Shown in pieces: positions 7,943-17,657 of a DNA stretch of 64,000 bases. A program made the translations under genes and the position numbers. A model generated the notes under the pieces. That model had not been told where the DNA came from and ran no database searches. It saw only the letters and a list, made by a program, of their open reading frames with translations. How positions within the stretch are numbered: position 1 is the first letter of the stretch; each line of letters begins with the position of its first letter. The DNA comes from Prosthecochloris vibrioformis (GTDB taxonomy: Bacteria > Bacteroidota > JABWAT01), in assembly GCA_943371965.1 (NCBI GenBank), contig CALRWV020000012.1:14449-78448 (forward strand), written 5' to 3'.

Positions 7943-9094
7943 ATGACAACACTTATACCAAAAATTTTAATTGTTGATGATGAGCCGGACCTTGAGATGC
8001 TTATCAGGCAAAAATTCAGAAAAGAAATCAGGGAAAATAAATATCATTTTCTCTTTGCCGGAAACGGAGTTGAAGCCCTGCAGAAACTGGTTGAGGACAG
8101 AGAAATTGAATTGGTTTTAACTGACATCAACATGCCTGAAATGGACGGACTTACACTCCTTTCCAAAATAAAGGAATTGCAGAGTCCCGCACTTCATTCC
8201 GTTATTGTTTCCGCTTATGGAGATAATCTGAATATACGCAAAGCGATGAACGGAGGTGCTTTCGATTTTCTGATAAAGCCTATTGATCTCACTGATCTTG
8301 AAATTACTATTAAAAAGGCACTTGCCAATCTGGTTGACCTGAAAAAAGTAACCCAATCAAGGAATGAACTGCTTACAGTAAGGAAAGAACTTGAAGAAGC
8401 AAAAGCGCTCCAGCTTTCCATGCTGCCGACATCCATTCCTAAAGTTAAGGGGATTGAGTTTGCTGCATATATGCAAACGGCAAGTGAAGTGGGAGGTGAT
8501 TATTATGACTTCTCGGTTTTAAATGATGATTCAGTCAATATTGCATTTGGTGATGCAACGGGTCATGGTTTGAAAGCCGGATTGATGGTTGCGGTCATGA
8601 AAACACTTTTCGTTTCTGATTCAACAGAATCCCATCTGACTGATTTTTTTAAAGGATCAAATAAAACAATAAAGACCCTGAATCTGAACCGGATGATGAT
8701 GGGTTTTACCATGCTGAATATCAATAAAAATAAGGTTCAGTTTGTTAATGCAGGAATGCCGCCAATTTACTTCTACAAAAAATCAGGTGACAAAGTAATT
8801 GAATTTGAAAATCAGTTTATGCCCCTGGGTGCTTTATTCGAAACTGATTACCGGGCTTCAGAATTTGAATTCGACAAGGGCGATGTAATTTTAATTCTGA
8901 GCGACGGTTTTCCTGAAATGAACAACACCAAAGGTGAAATGTTAGGTTACAGCAAAGTATCATCCGAATTTAAACTGACAGCGGAAAAAACACCGGGTGA
9001 AATAATTGAGAAATTCAAATCAATTATTTCGGAGTGGACTTCGGATAAAGAACTTGAAGATGATATTACCTTTGTTGTTATAAAAAAAGACTGA
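7943..9094 (+). CDS. Response regulator receiver fused to a PP2C/SpoIIE-type serine phosphatase (RsbU-like)
   Basis: Receiver: ILIVDDEPD, LTDINMPEMDG, LIKP. Phosphatase: GGDYYDF, FGDATGHGLKAGL, DDITFVVIKKD. Confidence 0.9.
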   Translation: MTTLIPKILIVDDEPDLEMLIRQKFRKEIRENKYHFLFAGNGVEALQKLVEDREIELVLTDINMPEMDGLTLLSKIKELQSPALHSVIVSAYGDNLNIRKAMNGGAFDFLIKPIDLTDLEITIKKALANLVDLKKVTQSRNELLTVRKELEEAKALQLSMLPTSIPKVKGIEFAAYMQTASEVGGDYYDFSVLNDDSVNIAFGDATGHGLKAGLMVAVMKTLFVSDSTESHLTDFFKGSNKTIKTLNLNRMMMGFTMLNINKNKVQFVNAGMPPIYFYKKSGDKVIEFENQFMPLGALFETDYRASEFEFDKGDVILILSDGFPEMNNTKGEMLGYSKVSSEFKLTAEKTPGEIIEKFKSIISEWTSDKELEDDITFVVIKKD

Positions 9095-9277
9095 AATTTT
9101 GATTTCTGATAACGGAATTAAATAATTATTTGCTCATTTAATTTCAGCTTTCAACATTCCATGATCATCAATCTGTAATCTTTGATGATTTGATAAAAAT
9201 CGGAATTCAATAAATTTGAAACGTTTCAACGATTTTTTTTCTTTAGTTGATTCTTGTTTCCACTTCTGAAAAGTAAA

Positions 9278-9397
9278 ACAAACAAAAAAGGCGAATCTTT
9301 CAATTCGCCTTTTTAATTCCGGTCTTCCGTCTCCAGTTTCCTGTTTCCGTTTTAGTCTTTCCACTCAGCTACAAAAACGTTTGTGCTTCTGTTTCTT
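9278..9397 (-). repeat. Copy B of the 3'-end/3'UTR/terminator repeat (native context, end of the PD40 lipoprotein gene)
   Basis: Aligns with 3431-3550 (see copy A). Confidence 0.7.
9284..9315. terminator. Bidirectional rho-independent terminator shared by the convergent genes 7943-9094 (+) and 9352-10434 (-)
   Basis: aaaaaaGGCGAATctttcaATTCGCCttttt, a hairpin flanked by an A-run and a T-run. Confidence 0.65.
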
Positions 9398-10434
9398 ACA
9401 TTCTTTTCCTTGTCAGGAGTTAAAGTTCTGTTTGAAGCAAAAACGAGTTTTTTCCCGTCTTTGGTAAACATTGGGAAACCGTTGAAGTTTGAATTGTAGG
9501 TAACTCTTTCTGTTTCTCCGGTTCCGTCTGCATTGATCAGCCATAAGTCAAAATTTCTTTTGGAAACAGTATCAGCAATATTGGAAGCGTAAATGATTTT
9601 TTTATCATCCGGTGTGAAATATGGGGCAAAATTTGCACCATCGTTATCCGTCAGTTGTTTTTTGTTTGAACCATCAGCATCCATAACGAAAAGTTGGAAA
9701 GTTGTTGGGCGTACAATTCCCTGATTCAGCAGATCAAGGTAATTTGCTTTTTCTTCTTCATCTTTCGGATGTGAAGCCCGGTAAACAATTTTCTTTCCAT
9801 CGTGTGAAAAGAAAGCACCACCATCGTAACCTACCTCATCCGTAACCTGTTTAACATTGGAACCATCAGAATTCATGGTATAAACATCAAGATCACCATT
9901 TCTCATTGAAGTGAAAACGATTTTGGTTCCATCAACAGAAACGGTTGCTTCGGCATCATAACCGACAACATCGGTCAATTTCTTTAAATCTGATCCATCA
10001 GCATTTGAAATATAAATATCATGGCTTTCATAAATCGGCCAAACATATCCTTTGGAGAAATCAGCAGGAGGAGGACAAGCTGTATCACCACCAAAAGTAG
10101 AAGAATAGATAATCTTGTTTGTTCCGGGAATGAAATAAGAACAGGTCGTTTTTCCCAATCCGTTTGAAACGCGGTGGATATTGCTGCCATCAATATTCAT
10201 GATGAAAATCTGGTCACATGGGGTTGAATCATTTTCAGATTGAAAAATGAGCTGTTTGTCATCACCGCTTAAATAAGCTTCAGCATTTTGACCTGCAAAA
10301 GTCAATTGCTGGATATCAGTTAAATGAACTTCTCTGGATTCAATTAAAGGATTTTGAGTTTGCTGGTCTTCCTTTTTACATCCCGCAAATCCAACTGCCA
10401 CCAAAACAAAAGAAAGAAAATATGTTTTCATCAT
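9352..10434 (-). CDS. PD40/TolB-like beta-propeller repeat lipoprotein
   Basis: Lipobox VGFAGC. Repeated PD40 signatures DGSNIHRVS, DGSDLKKLTD, DGSNVKQVTD, DGSNKKQLTD and DGKKLVFASNR. Confidence 0.8.
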   Translation of the reverse strand: MMKTYFLSFVLVAVGFAGCKKEDQQTQNPLIESREVHLTDIQQLTFAGQNAEAYLSGDDKQLIFQSENDSTPCDQIFIMNIDGSNIHRVSNGLGKTTCSYFIPGTNKIIYSSTFGGDTACPPPADFSKGYVWPIYESHDIYISNADGSDLKKLTDVVGYDAEATVSVDGTKIVFTSMRNGDLDVYTMNSDGSNVKQVTDEVGYDGGAFFSHDGKKIVYRASHPKDEEEKANYLDLLNQGIVRPTTFQLFVMDADGSNKKQLTDNDGANFAPYFTPDDKKIIYASNIADTVSKRNFDLWLINADGTGETERVTYNSNFNGFPMFTKDGKKLVFASNRTLTPDKEKNVRNRSTNVFVAEWKD

Positions 10435-10667
10435 TCAATAATCCTTTTAAAAATTGAGTCGCAAAGAAAAGAGATTTCGGATGCCAAAGCAATTCATTTG
10501 TTCTGTTATCAACTTCTGTAATGGTATTTTATGGAAATGAGGCCATTTCTGTGCGGAAAGTCATAACAATAATTACAAAGAAATTACAATTAAGTTCTCC
10601 AAAAATAGATAGATAAAAAATGAAAATTTACTGAAGATCGGATAGAATTGGAAACAATCAGCAACTT

Positions 10668-10683
10668 TGGCTTAAAAATTGCT
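10668..10683 (+). promoter_or_regulatory. Candidate sigma-54 (-24/-12) promoter upstream of the DUF3109-rpoN pair
   Basis: TGGCTTAAAAATTGCT matches TGGC-N7-TTGC(W) with canonical GG-to-GC spacing. It sits 44-59 nt upstream of the ATG at 10727 on the correct strand. About 2 chance matches to the 8 fixed bases are expected in 128 kb of two-strand sequence. Confidence 0.3.
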
Positions 10684-10726
10684 ATGTGGCGCTTTCCTTT
10701 AAAAGGTTGATTCCTTATTTTTCCGC

Positions 10727-11302
10727 ATGATTGCAATTGAAGAACTTTTAATCGCCGATTCAGTTAGTTCCGTAAAATTTGCCTGTGACCTGAAAAAATG
10801 CAAAGGTGCCTGTTGCGTTGAAGGTGTCGCAGGTCCGCCGGTAACTTCTGAAGAAGTAAAAACCATCAAAAAACTCTATCCCAAAATAAAACACCGACTT
10901 CGTCCGGAAGGAATTGCCGTTATTGAAGAAAAAGGTGTTGCAGAAAAATGGGAAGGGATGGATGTTTTAACCTGCGTTTCGCAAAATGAATGTGTGTTTG
11001 TCACGTTTGACGAAAAAAAGATAGCATTTTGCGGAATTGAACAGGCTTATTTTGCCGGAGAAGTAGATTTCAGAAAACCGATGAGCTGCCATTTGTTTCC
11101 CATCCGTGTCCGTGATTTTTTTGGACAGAAAGTTCTGAATTATGTGGAATCGGAAGAATGCAAACCGGCGCTGATCAAAGGAAAACGTGACGGAGTTTAT
11201 CTTTTCGAATTTTTAAAAGACGCGTTGGTGAGGAAGTTTGGGGAAGTGTGGTACACGGAATTCGAAAAACAATCGAGAAAAAATCTTAAGAAAAAACCCT
11301 GA
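10727..11302 (+). CDS. DUF3109 family Cys-rich protein
   Basis: N-terminal signature FACDLKKCKGACCVEGVAGPPVTSEE, recalled from the DUF3109 family. Translationally coupled (ATGA) to rpoN. Confidence 0.65.
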   Translation: MIAIEELLIADSVSSVKFACDLKKCKGACCVEGVAGPPVTSEEVKTIKKLYPKIKHRLRPEGIAVIEEKGVAEKWEGMDVLTCVSQNECVFVTFDEKKIAFCGIEQAYFAGEVDFRKPMSCHLFPIRVRDFFGQKVLNYVESEECKPALIKGKRDGVYLFEFLKDALVRKFGEVWYTEFEKQSRKNLKKKP

Positions 11303-12852
11303 TGCTTTATCTTTCCCAACAACAACGTCTGCAGCAGAAACTGTCACCGCAGCAGATTCAGTATATCAAACTGCTTCAGCTTCCGCAACTTGCTTTGGAA
11401 CAGGCAATCAAGGCTGAATTGGAAGTGAATCCAGCATTGGAAGAAGGTTCAGATGATGAACTGGAAACCATCGATCCGGAATTGGAAATTATTGCACCCG
11501 AACCTGAAGTTGCCGATGCTGATAAACTTTCAACTGAAATCAAAAAAACAGAAGATGTTTCAATTGATGATCTGATTCCGCAGAGCAAAACCAACGATGA
11601 AGAATTTTCATGGGAAGATTACATCAGCGAAGATGATTTGTACGGTTACAAATCAGGTGAAAGTTCAAATTACTCTGAAGATGATGACCGCCCCGACAAT
11701 ACACCAGCTTATATTGATAACCTGACTGAAAAAATACGTGAGCAGATGACGTTGCTGAATTTTTCTGCAAAACAGATTCAGATTGGTGAACAGCTGCTTG
11801 GAAGTATGGATCCTGACGGTTACCTCAGAATTGAAAATGCAAGAATTCTGGATGATATTTTTTTCAATTTCAACCTTCATGTTACTGAAGCAGAACTGGA
11901 ATCAGTACGCAAAGAAATTATGACGCTTGATCCGGTCGGAATCTGCAGCCGGAGTTTGCAGGAATGTCTGATTTGTCAGCTCCAGAATATGGAATTGTCG
12001 TTTGAAGTTGAAGATGCAATTTTAATTCTTTCCGAATGTTTTGAAGAATTCACGAAAAAACATTTTGATGCCATCATGCGAAAAACCGGATTTGATGAAG
12101 ACCAGTTGCGTGAAGCATTTCAGGTTATCAAAAGATTGAATCCGAAACCAGGTGATGGTGATTTTACAGCAAATGAAAATTACATCACACCCGATTTTTT
12201 TGTTTTGTATGAAACCGCAAACAGAAAAAAAATCAAGGGCGAAGTTGATCATACAGATGAAGGAAGTTTCCAGATTTTCCTGAACGACAAAGGAATCCCG
12301 TCACTGAAAATCAATAAAAAATATGTGGCGATGGCTTCGGCGAAAAATTCAAAACTGGATGAAGAGTCAAGATCTTTCATCAAGAAAAAAGTAGAGGATG
12401 CAAAATTTTTCCGTCAGTCAATTATGCAACGCCGTGAAACCATGACGAAAGTGATGGAAACGATTGTTGATATCCAGGGAGAATTTTTCAAGACTGGAGC
12501 AGGTTTGCGTCCGATGATTTTGAAAGATGTTGCCGACAGAATCATGATGGATATTTCAACTGTCAGCCGTGTTGTCAACAGTAAATATGTTCAAACCGAA
12601 TTCGGAGTTTACTCCCTGAAACATTTCTTCAGTGAAGGAATTGAAACGGATACCGGAGAAGATGCATCATCCAAAGAAGTAAAAATCAAACTCAAGGAAA
12701 TTATCGACAGCGAAGATGGAAAAAAACCATTGAGCGATGATAAAATTGCAGAGATGCTTCAGGATAAAGGTCTGACAATTGCAAGAAGAACCGTAACCAA
12801 ATACCGTGAAGCCATGAACATTCCGGTTGCAAGACTGAGAAAAAAAATATAG
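11302..12852 (+). CDS. rpoN: RNA polymerase sigma-54 factor
   Basis: Region I: LSQQQRLQQKLSPQQIQYIKLLQLPQLALEQAIKAELEVNPALEE. Acidic region II. RpoN box ARRTVTKYREAMNIP. Confidence 0.95.
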   Translation: MLYLSQQQRLQQKLSPQQIQYIKLLQLPQLALEQAIKAELEVNPALEEGSDDELETIDPELEIIAPEPEVADADKLSTEIKKTEDVSIDDLIPQSKTNDEEFSWEDYISEDDLYGYKSGESSNYSEDDDRPDNTPAYIDNLTEKIREQMTLLNFSAKQIQIGEQLLGSMDPDGYLRIENARILDDIFFNFNLHVTEAELESVRKEIMTLDPVGICSRSLQECLICQLQNMELSFEVEDAILILSECFEEFTKKHFDAIMRKTGFDEDQLREAFQVIKRLNPKPGDGDFTANENYITPDFFVLYETANRKKIKGEVDHTDEGSFQIFLNDKGIPSLKINKKYVAMASAKNSKLDEESRSFIKKKVEDAKFFRQSIMQRRETMTKVMETIVDIQGEFFKTGAGLRPMILKDVADRIMMDISTVSRVVNSKYVQTEFGVYSLKHFFSEGIETDTGEDASSKEVKIKLKEIIDSEDGKKPLSDDKIAEMLQDKGLTIARRTVTKYREAMNIPVARLRKKI

Positions 12853-12980
12853 GTTGTTGGGTTTTCAGGAGTTCAGGTTTTCGGCAAATTATTTTTCTGA
12901 ATACCTGATATGCTGACAACCTGAAAACCATTGTTAGTTTCAAAAAATCATAATTCACCACCAATTAATCATTAAAAATC

Positions 12981-13517
12981 ATGTTGCCAGAAATACATTC
13001 AACCACCGTTCTTGGAATTATTAAAGATGGAAAAGCTGCCATTGCCGCTGACGGACAAGTCACCATGGGCGTAACAGTTTCGAAATCAAATGCAAAAAAG
13101 GTCCGCACCATGATGAACGGACAAATTCTTGCTGGGTTTGCCGGTTCAGCCGGTGACGCTTTTACTTTGTTTGAAAGATTTGAAGCCAAACTTGAACAAT
13201 TTCATGGCTCTATTGACCGTGCTGCCGTCGAACTTGCCAAAGACTGGAGAACCGACCGTTACCTCCGCCGTTTGGAAGCTTTGCTTGTTGTGATGAACAA
13301 AAAGCAGATTTTCATTCTCAGCGGAACCGGAGATGTCATTGAACCTGAAAATCAGATTGCAGCAATCGGTTCAGGCGGTGCTTATGCACAGGCTGCCGCT
13401 TATGCACTTTTAAGAAACACAGAAAAATCAGCATCAGAAATTGCAAAAGAATCACTGCTGATTGCCGGTGAAATTTGTATTTATACCAACAGCAACATCA
13501 CCTTGTTGGAATTATAA
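12981..13517 (+). CDS. hslV: ATP-dependent protease subunit HslV
   Basis: [23 protein letters not shown] and [18 protein letters not shown] short N-terminal pro-sequence (MLPEIHS) precedes the catalytic Thr, as in CodW-type HslV. Confidence 0.95.
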   Translation: MLPEIHSTTVLGIIKDGKAAIAADGQVTMGVTVSKSNAKKVRTMMNGQILAGFAGSAGDAFTLFERFEAKLEQFHGSIDRAAVELAKDWRTDRYLRRLEALLVVMNKKQIFILSGTGDVIEPENQIAAIGSGGAYAQAAAYALLRNTEKSASEIAKESLLIAGEICIYTNSNITLLEL

Positions 13518-13609
13518 TCCACTGTTTGAAACGAAAAATTACAAAGATTTCGCTCAGTTTGAGTTTTAGTACCTAACAAAATAATCAACAAAAAGTTTTT
13601 GAAAGTTTT

Positions 13610-15019
13610 ATGGCAGATTCACTTACACCCAGAAAAATTGTTGCTGAACTTGATAAATATATTATCGGGCAAAGTGACGCAAAAAAAGCAGTGGCAATTG
13701 CTTTGCGCAACCGATGGAGACGACAGCAGGTTCCTGACCAGATGCGTGAAGAAATTATGCCCAACAATATTATTCTTATTGGGCCGACCGGTGTTGGAAA
13801 AACAGAAATTGCACGTCGGTTGGCAAAACTTTCAGGTGCACCGTTTGTAAAAATTGAAGCTACCAAATTTACTGAAATCGGCTATGTTGGGCGTGATGTG
13901 GAAAGCATGGTTCGTGATCTTGCAGATCTTTCGGTAAGCATGGTGAAATCTGAATACATGGAGGTTGTTAAGGAAAAAGCATCTGAAGCTGCCATTGAAC
14001 AGGTGCTCGATATTCTTGTTCCGCCGGTAACAAGACAAAAAACAGAATCCTTTACCGCAAAAATCGGATTTGTTGATTCACCACTTGCTGAAGAACCTGA
14101 AGTTGACACCAAAGCTCAGGAAGAATTGAATGAAAAAACGAGAGCCAAATTCCGTGAAAAAATAAAAAATGGGAAATTGGATGACCGTCTGATTGACATA
14201 ACAATCAATCAGGAAGGAAATCCGATGATGCAGGTTATCGGAACTTCAAGTCTTGAAGATCTGAACAAACAGATTCAGGATATTTTTGAAAATGCGGGAC
14301 AGAAAAAATCCAAAAAAAGAAAAGTGACTGTCAAGGAAGCCATTGAAATTATTACTGCGGAAGAATCGCAGAAACTGATTGATATGGAAGCCATCAAACA
14401 TGAAGCCATTCAACGTGCAGAAAATCATGGAATTATCTTTATCGATGAGATCGACAAGATTGCCGGAAATTCACGTGGCGGCGGTTCAGGACCCGATGTT
14501 TCCCGTCAGGGGGTTCAGCGTGATTTGCTTCCGATTGTAGAAGGAAGTGCAGTAAATACCCGTCATGGAATTTTAAAGACCGATCATGTTCTGTTTATCG
14601 CATCGGGTGCTTTTCACATGAGCAAACCATCTGATCTGATTCCTGAACTTCAGGGCCGTTTTCCAATCCGCGTTGAACTGAAATCGCTTGAAGAAGAAGA
14701 TTTTGTCAAGATTTTAACTTTCCCTGAAAATGCACTGACCAAACAATACATCGCCATGATGAAAACGGAAGGTATTGAACTGACTTTCAAAAAAGATGGA
14801 ATTTCAGAAATCGCAAAAGTTGCAACTCAGGTCAACAGCGATCTTGAAAATATCGGGGCAAGAAGACTGCACACCATTCTAACAACCCTGCTCGAAGAAA
14901 TTCTGTACAATGTGCCCGATGATGAATCAATCAAAAAAGTTGAAGTGACGAAAGATATGGTTCACAAAAGATTGTCAGGTTTGATTAAAGATCAGGATTT
15001 AAGCAGGTATATATTGTAA
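13610..15019 (+). CDS. hslU: ATP-dependent protease ATPase subunit HslU
   Basis: LTPRKIVAELDKYIIGQSDAKKAVAIALRNRWRR, Walker A GPTGVGKTEIARRLA, GIIFIDEIDKI. Confidence 0.95.
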   Translation: MADSLTPRKIVAELDKYIIGQSDAKKAVAIALRNRWRRQQVPDQMREEIMPNNIILIGPTGVGKTEIARRLAKLSGAPFVKIEATKFTEIGYVGRDVESMVRDLADLSVSMVKSEYMEVVKEKASEAAIEQVLDILVPPVTRQKTESFTAKIGFVDSPLAEEPEVDTKAQEELNEKTRAKFREKIKNGKLDDRLIDITINQEGNPMMQVIGTSSLEDLNKQIQDIFENAGQKKSKKRKVTVKEAIEIITAEESQKLIDMEAIKHEAIQRAENHGIIFIDEIDKIAGNSRGGGSGPDVSRQGVQRDLLPIVEGSAVNTRHGILKTDHVLFIASGAFHMSKPSDLIPELQGRFPIRVELKSLEEEDFVKILTFPENALTKQYIAMMKTEGIELTFKKDGISEIAKVATQVNSDLENIGARRLHTILTTLLEEILYNVPDDESIKKVEVTKDMVHKRLSGLIKDQDLSRYIL

Positions 15020-15067
15020 GATAAAAATTTCCTCTCCATTTTGGAAAGGATTAAAGTAAGGTTCTAC

Positions 15068-15967
15068 CTAATTCACAACAACAAATTTCACAGAACCCAT
15101 TCCGCTTGAAATGGTAAATTCAATGGTAGTATCCGAATCTGAATAATTTGCAGACTGATAAATGCTTCCGCGTTTTTTGAATTCTCTAGGAACAGTCAGA
15201 TTGCTGAAAAAACTGCTGTCATCGGTAATTCTGACACCAACATTTTTAGGAACTTTAATTACAACCGATCCAATTCCGGTTTGAACGTCAACAGAATGTT
15301 TTCCGGAAGCATTTCCAGAAAAATTCAGATCAAAACTTCCAACCCCGCCTTCAACCTTCATCCTTTTGAAGTTTAAATTCAAAAGTCCTTCTGCTTTTAC
15401 TGCACCAACTCCGGATTGAATTGAAAAATCACGCAACACATTTGGATTTGTTGAGTTGCACTGAATTTTCAGTTGACCGGCTCCGGTTGAAATTTCAGCA
15501 TTCGTTAATTTCAGACCGGTTAAGTTTAAATCAGCTGTTCCTGCTCCAAGCGAAAACTTCAGATCGTGGTCAACTTCTTTGGAAAGTTCAATCGATCCTG
15601 TAAAGTCAGACTTTTTGACTTTTGAATCTCCCTGGTTGTTTTCAGAATCATCCTCAATGTTGAAATCAACATTGGTATTGCTTCCGTCAACACCCTTTGA
15701 TTTTGTGTAAAATCTCAATGTTGATTCAGAACCATCACGGTCAAAATCAATAAATGGTTTGGTTTTGTCTTTGTTGAACTGAATATTGACCATGTACAAA
15801 CGGTCATTGGATATTGGATTTAACTTGATGGTTCCAAAATCAATTTCAAACTCGGAGTATAATCTTTTTTCATGTTCAATATCAGCATTCGAAACAAATT
15901 TTGCGTTTTGCGCAAAACCTGCAACCGAGAAAGCTGAGATGAAGTATGTTAAGATTATGGTTTTCAT
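15068..15967 (-). CDS. Secreted toast-rack / putative-adhesin (DUF4097/DUF2154-like) protein
   Basis: Signal peptide MKTIILTYFISAFSVAGFAQ. Repeated G-x-G strand motifs (GAGTADLNL, GAGQLKI, GVGAVKA, GVGSFDL, GIGSVVI, GMGSVKF). Lies downstream of the ECF sigma gene. Confidence 0.5.
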   Translation of the reverse strand: MKTIILTYFISAFSVAGFAQNAKFVSNADIEHEKRLYSEFEIDFGTIKLNPISNDRLYMVNIQFNKDKTKPFIDFDRDGSESTLRFYTKSKGVDGSNTNVDFNIEDDSENNQGDSKVKKSDFTGSIELSKEVDHDLKFSLGAGTADLNLTGLKLTNAEISTGAGQLKIQCNSTNPNVLRDFSIQSGVGAVKAEGLLNLNFKRMKVEGGVGSFDLNFSGNASGKHSVDVQTGIGSVVIKVPKNVGVRITDDSSFFSNLTVPREFKKRGSIYQSANYSDSDTTIEFTISSGMGSVKFVVVN

Positions 15968-16195
15968 TGAATTGTGTTTTTAAGTCCACTTGCCCTATAC
16001 GCAGCCATAAATTGATAGTTACATGATTTTGATCAAAAATTACATTGCCGTGACAGAGAAAAATGGGATGTCTGATTTTGGTGAATTTTACGAAAAACTG
16101 AATTTAAAGTCCTTTTGAAGGTTTTTCTTCATTTTCAGTTTTTTTCAGGTATGTAAAATGCCGGAAACCCGAAATCAGATTCCAAAAACCAAGCA

Positions 16196-16804
16196 TCAGT
16201 AATTTTTTATTTTTGTCCGCAGTTGTTTGTAGAGCATTTCACGTGCACGGAAAATATGAGCTTTAACTGTTCCAAGCGGTAAATCCAGTTCCTCTGCAAT
16301 TTCTTCATAAGATTTTTCTTCCTGATGCCGCATGGTAATCACTTTTACATATTTTTCAGGAAGGGTATCAATGGCATCCTGAATGATATTCTTTTTCTGG
16401 TCAAAAATAACCACTTTGTCAGGAATGAAAGTGGAATCGGGAATCTCAAACTCCATATCACCGTCTTTGGTTTCAATCGGTTTGTCGATGGAATAGGTTT
16501 TAATTTTCTTTTTGCGGAGATAATCAATACTGTTGTTGGTTGCTATTTTATAAAGCCAGGTTGAAAATGCGAATTCAAAATTGAACGACTCAAGCGAATG
16601 GAAAGCCTTGATGAAAGCTTCCTGTGTCAAATCTTCAACATCGTTTTTATCATGAATCATCTTGTAAATCAGGTTGTAGATGGCGTCATGGTATTTTTTC
16701 ATCAAAAATTTATATGCATTCTGATCTCCCGCAATAGCTTCACGAATGATTTTAAAATCCTCTAAGCGTGATTCAGAAGGAGCAACCGGTTCTTTGTTTA
16801 TCAT
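16196..16804 (-). CDS. ECF-type RNA polymerase sigma-70 family factor
   Basis: Region 2: DLTQEAFIKAFHSLESF...FSTWLYKIATNNSIDYLRKKK. Region 4: LPEKYVKVITMRHQEEKSYEEIAEELDLPLGTVKAHIFRAREML. Confidence 0.9.
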   Translation of the reverse strand: MINKEPVAPSESRLEDFKIIREAIAGDQNAYKFLMKKYHDAIYNLIYKMIHDKNDVEDLTQEAFIKAFHSLESFNFEFAFSTWLYKIATNNSIDYLRKKKIKTYSIDKPIETKDGDMEFEIPDSTFIPDKVVIFDQKKNIIQDAIDTLPEKYVKVITMRHQEEKSYEEIAEELDLPLGTVKAHIFRAREMLYKQLRTKIKNY

Positions 16805-17016
16805 ATCTTCCTGACTAAAATTCCGTATCCTTCAAAATAGGGCATTTTATTTTTTTATTCAATTTTCAAAGAAAATCCTTTCTGAAACATAAACCTGAAT
16901 CAGAAAAATAATGCAATTAATATTTCTGAAATTTGAATAAAAAGTGAGTACTGGAGACGAAATGCTATGTACTGATGAATTCAATACGTAATTTTGGATC
17001 AAATTCAGGAAAAAAT

Positions 17017-17628
17017 ATGTTTATATCGTTCGAAGGTTTGGATGGTTCAGGAAAAAGCACTCAAATCAAATTGCTGAAATCGAAACTGGAATCGGCAGGA
17101 ATAGAACCGTTGCTGATCAGAGAACCTGGCGGAACCCATATTTCAGAAGAAATCAGGACACTTTTACTGAACAACAAACATCATAATATGACATCCGTTG
17201 CCGAAGTTCTTTTGTTTTTTGCAAGCCGTGCCCAACTGATGAAAGAAGTTGTTGAACCTGCTCTCTCTGAAAATAAAGTTGTAATTGCAGACCGTTTTGT
17301 CGATTCTTCTTATGCCTATCAGGGTTACGGACGTGGAATTGATCTTGATTTTCTGAAGAATCTGTCAAAGCAGTCAACATTCGGAATTATGCCTGAAATT
17401 ACATTTTTGCTGGATATTGAACATGCCGTATCCAATATGCGTCAGAACATCCGCGGTGAAAAAGACAGAATGGAAAGTATGCCGGATGAACTTTGGAATA
17501 AAATCCGTTTCGGGTATCTTGAACTTGCGAAACAGGAACCAAACCGCTGGAAAGTTTTGGATGCAACCCGGCAGCCGGAACTTATTCATGAACAGATTAT
17601 GCACAGTTTGAAACCGCTTGGAATTTAA
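17017..17628 (+). CDS. tmk: Thymidylate kinase
   Basis: MFISFEGLDGSGKSTQIKLL P-loop, and DRFVDSSYAYQG. The track ORF starts at 16975, but the ATG at 17017 gives the canonical N-terminus. Confidence 0.92.
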   Translation: MFISFEGLDGSGKSTQIKLLKSKLESAGIEPLLIREPGGTHISEEIRTLLLNNKHHNMTSVAEVLLFFASRAQLMKEVVEPALSENKVVIADRFVDSSYAYQGYGRGIDLDFLKNLSKQSTFGIMPEITFLLDIEHAVSNMRQNIRGEKDRMESMPDELWNKIRFGYLELAKQEPNRWKVLDATRQPELIHEQIMHSLKPLGI

Positions 17629-17657
17629 ATCCTGAAAATTTTAGGAAAGCTTACAAA

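Noticed and set aside
9134-9364. 76-aa minus-strand ORF in the convergent spacer
   Set aside because: It runs straight through the bidirectional terminator hairpin and the 3'UTR repeat and overlaps the stop of the PD40 gene. Its composition is Lys/Arg/Phe-rich, as expected from translating an AT-rich spacer.
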